This document shows positions 34,475-36,933 of a stretch of DNA of 36,933 bases, piece by piece. This stretch comes from Octopus bimaculoides (taxonomy: Eukaryota): contig NC_068988.1 of the NCBI RefSeq assembly GCF_001194135.2, positions 14,247,780 to 14,284,712 on the forward strand. Direction: 5' to 3'. The stretch's first letter is position 1. Each line of letters starts with the position of its first letter. The notes below the pieces were generated by a model, which saw only the letters and a list, made by a program, of their open reading frames with translations, ran no database searches and had not been told where the DNA came from. Position numbers and translations under genes: made by a program.

Positions 34475-35139
34475 ACAAAATTAAGAATATAACATTTAAC
34501 ATATTTTTAACATGAAAACATTGAAAACATAATCAATGATAACGACACGAACTTTTACAAGCATTTTCTGACTATCGTTGATAAAGAAACAAGATTGTTG
34601 TAAAAATTAGAATATATTTTATAATTATCGTCGAAAATGCCCAAATCGAACCAGAATATTTTGTCACTGGTCATTACCCCTTCTTGGATGTTATGACTCT
34701 TAACCTAAGGATTCACGAAGACATAGAGTCTCATGCAAAATACAATAATTTAAAAGAAAGAAAAAAGCTCACGTCATAGGAGTTTAGAAATTTCGAGCGA
34801 ATGTGAAATAATTCGTTTCTAACGGTAGAACTCGAAGTAGAGAAAGCTATAAATGATAACACGTAAATAAGAAAGGGTTCTTAACCAAGTATTTATACGT
34901 CATTACTTAGAGCTTTATGTACTTCGAGTTCAGCCGTTAAAAACCAATTATATCACTAAAAAGCTTGTTGTGTTACTCCAGGACTGGGCGAACTTCATAA
35001 ATAGCCTATCGAAACTCCGTGTGTGTAATAAAACATAAAAAGAAAATTGCTTTCTTCGGTTACATTTGCAAATCATTGAGAAAGCTAGGAGCAAAAGTAG
35101 GTACGTCAGAAGAAGAGGCCAATCGAACGACAACAATAA

Positions 35140-35296
35140 CGAGAAGAAGAAGAAGAAGAAGAAGAAGAAGAAGAAGAAGAAGAAGAAGAAGAAAATGATG
35201 ATGATGATGATGATGACAACGGGGAGGAGAAGGAAGTGAAGGAGGAGGATGGAAAACAACAACAGCAACAAGAGAAAAGAATAGTAGTAGTAGCAA

Positions 35297-35348
<52 letters not shown>

Positions 35349-35650
35349 GGTAGTGTTGGTGGTGGTGGTNNNNNNNNNNNNNNNNNNNNNNNNNNNNNNN
35401 NNNNNNNNNNNNNNNNNNNNNNNNNNNNNNNNNNNNNNNNNNNNNNNNNNNNNNNNNNNNNNNNNNNNNNNNNNNNNNNNNNNNNNNNNNNNNNNNNNNN
35501 NNNNNNNNNNNNNNNNNNNNNNNNNNNNNNNNNNNNNNNNNNNNNNNNNNNNNNNNNNNNNNNNNNNNNNNNNNNNNNNNNNNNNNNNNNNNNNNNNNNN
35601 NNNNNNNNNNNNNNNNNNNNNNNNNNNNNNNNNNNNNNNNNNNNNNNNNN

Positions 35651-35685
<35 letters not shown>

Positions 35686-35686
35686 A
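35140..35686. repeat. Compound trinucleotide microsatellites (GAA)n, (GAT)n, (GTA)n, (GTG)n with N-gap 35370-35650
   Basis: Directly visible. Confidence 0.95.
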
Positions 35687-36475
35687 CGCTAACGGATACT
35701 TTGAAATATCAATCAGACTGGTAAATATATAAAACGAAACGCAAAAAGGACGGATCGCCGTAAATAGTTTAAGAAATAGCGAGAGGGGGAAAAGAAAAAT
35801 AAGGGAAGAGAGACAGAGGGGGGGGGGTGAAGGAAAATTGAGAAGGGAGAGAGAGAGAGAGAGAAAGAAACAGATTGAGAAAATAAATTTATGAAAACGA
35901 AAAGAAGAAGTAAGTGGAGAAAGATGATGAGGAGTTATAGAAACGATACGTAAAGCATTATGATTTTGTTGGCGATGGAAAAGTTAAGAACAAACAAGGC
36001 ATCGATATATATATAAATTCTGAAATAGCTACAGAGGAACAGACATTTTTATGACGTATAGTAACAATTGATAGGTACTTAGAATATAACGGTCTGTGTA
36101 AAAATGTGACAAGAGGTCGTCGAATGGGTTCTCAAGCTACTGTTAAAGACGTCTATATCAATTCGAAAATTCGAAATCCTATGGCTTTAAGCCTGACAGG
36201 AAAAATGCTGAGGTTAATTGCATAAAAGCAATCATCGAATTAAACGTCTGGGTTATAAATGTACATTGATGGCGTAGTTCTTGTAGTTGTTGTTGCTGTT
36301 CTTGTCGTCGTTGTTACTGTTAAGAGGATTGTTTCTACTTCTGCTTTTCCTCCGTCGACATAATAATTATCATCATCATCATCATGACCATTATCATCAT
36401 CCTTGTCATTATTATTATTAATATTATTATTAATGTTATTGTTGTTGTTGACGTTGTTGTTGTTGTTGTTATGAA

Positions 36476-36677
36476 GGCAGCGGGCTTACAGAATGGTTAG
36501 GTCGCCAAGAAAAATGCTTAGCGGCATTTCTTCGGTCTTGACGTTCTGAGTTCAAATTCGGCCAACGTTAATTTTGCCATTCATGCTTTAAGGGACGATA
36601 AACTAAGTACCAGCTGAGCACTGGGGTCGATGTCATCAACTTAGCCCTCCCCCCAAATTGCTGGCCTTGTGCCAAAA
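36476..36677 (+). mobile_element. SINE family A copy
   Basis: Head, CGTTCTGAGTTCAAATTC B-box, CACTGGGGTCGAT and tail AAATTGCTGGCCTTGTGCCAAAA. Confidence 0.8.
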
Positions 36678-36690
36678 TTATTATTATCAT

Positions 36691-36811
36691 TCAGTAGTTT
36701 TATTTTCATAACGTGCTTTCACTTCACTACCGAGCGCAGCTCTGTGTGCCTTGGGTATGTGCTGTGGTTTGCTGTGATGCTCTTATGGTTACTGTATTGA
36801 AAGTGTTTTGC

Positions 36812-36813
<2 letters not shown>
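36691..36813 (-). mobile_element. Extremely 5'-truncated R4/Dong-type insertion (last 8 codons plus 3' UTR) between (TAA)n tracts
   Basis: Minus strand ..RKTLSIQ* (stop at 36789-36791) resembles the C-terminus ..RKILSM* of 3063-3736. A short TTA run lies at 36678-36690 and a long (ATT)n at 36813-36928. Confidence 0.6.
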
Positions 36814-36864
<51 letters not shown>

Positions 36865-36871
36865 TTTATTA

Positions 36872-36928
<57 letters not shown>
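36813..36928. repeat. (ATT)n microsatellite
   Basis: Directly visible. Confidence 0.97.
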
Positions 36929-36929
<1 letters not shown>

Positions 36930-36933
36930 TCCT

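Noticed and set aside
220-36930. Most ORFs in the supplied track (poly-IY, VC, TH, ER, N, I, L and X-containing)
   Set aside because: They are translations of microsatellites or read-through of N-gaps, with no protein-like content.

Overview
AT-rich, repeat-dense eukaryotic DNA from a short-read scaffold, with 10 N-gaps that mostly abut microsatellites. The SINE and LINE families look like those of octopod cephalopods, from recognition only and not a database search. No intact protein-coding gene, rRNA, tRNA or CRISPR array is supported; nearly all supplied ORFs are translations of microsatellites or gaps. The window holds three tRNA-headed SINE families (here A, B, C; about 25 copies or fragments), three 5'-truncated R4/Dong-type RLE non-LTR retrotransposon remnants whose 5' junctions abut (TAA)n, half of a mariner transposon, two copies of a MITE-like element, local duplications and a few splice-signal exon candidates. 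The most interesting signals are RNA motifs on the minus strand: a minimal type I hammerhead with a non-canonical CUGUUGA core (17176-17212), a three-way-junction fold with a perfect 14-bp closing stem (21409-21480), and a ~325-bp bipartite RTE-like element with a degenerate HDV-like ribozyme motif (32324-32650).
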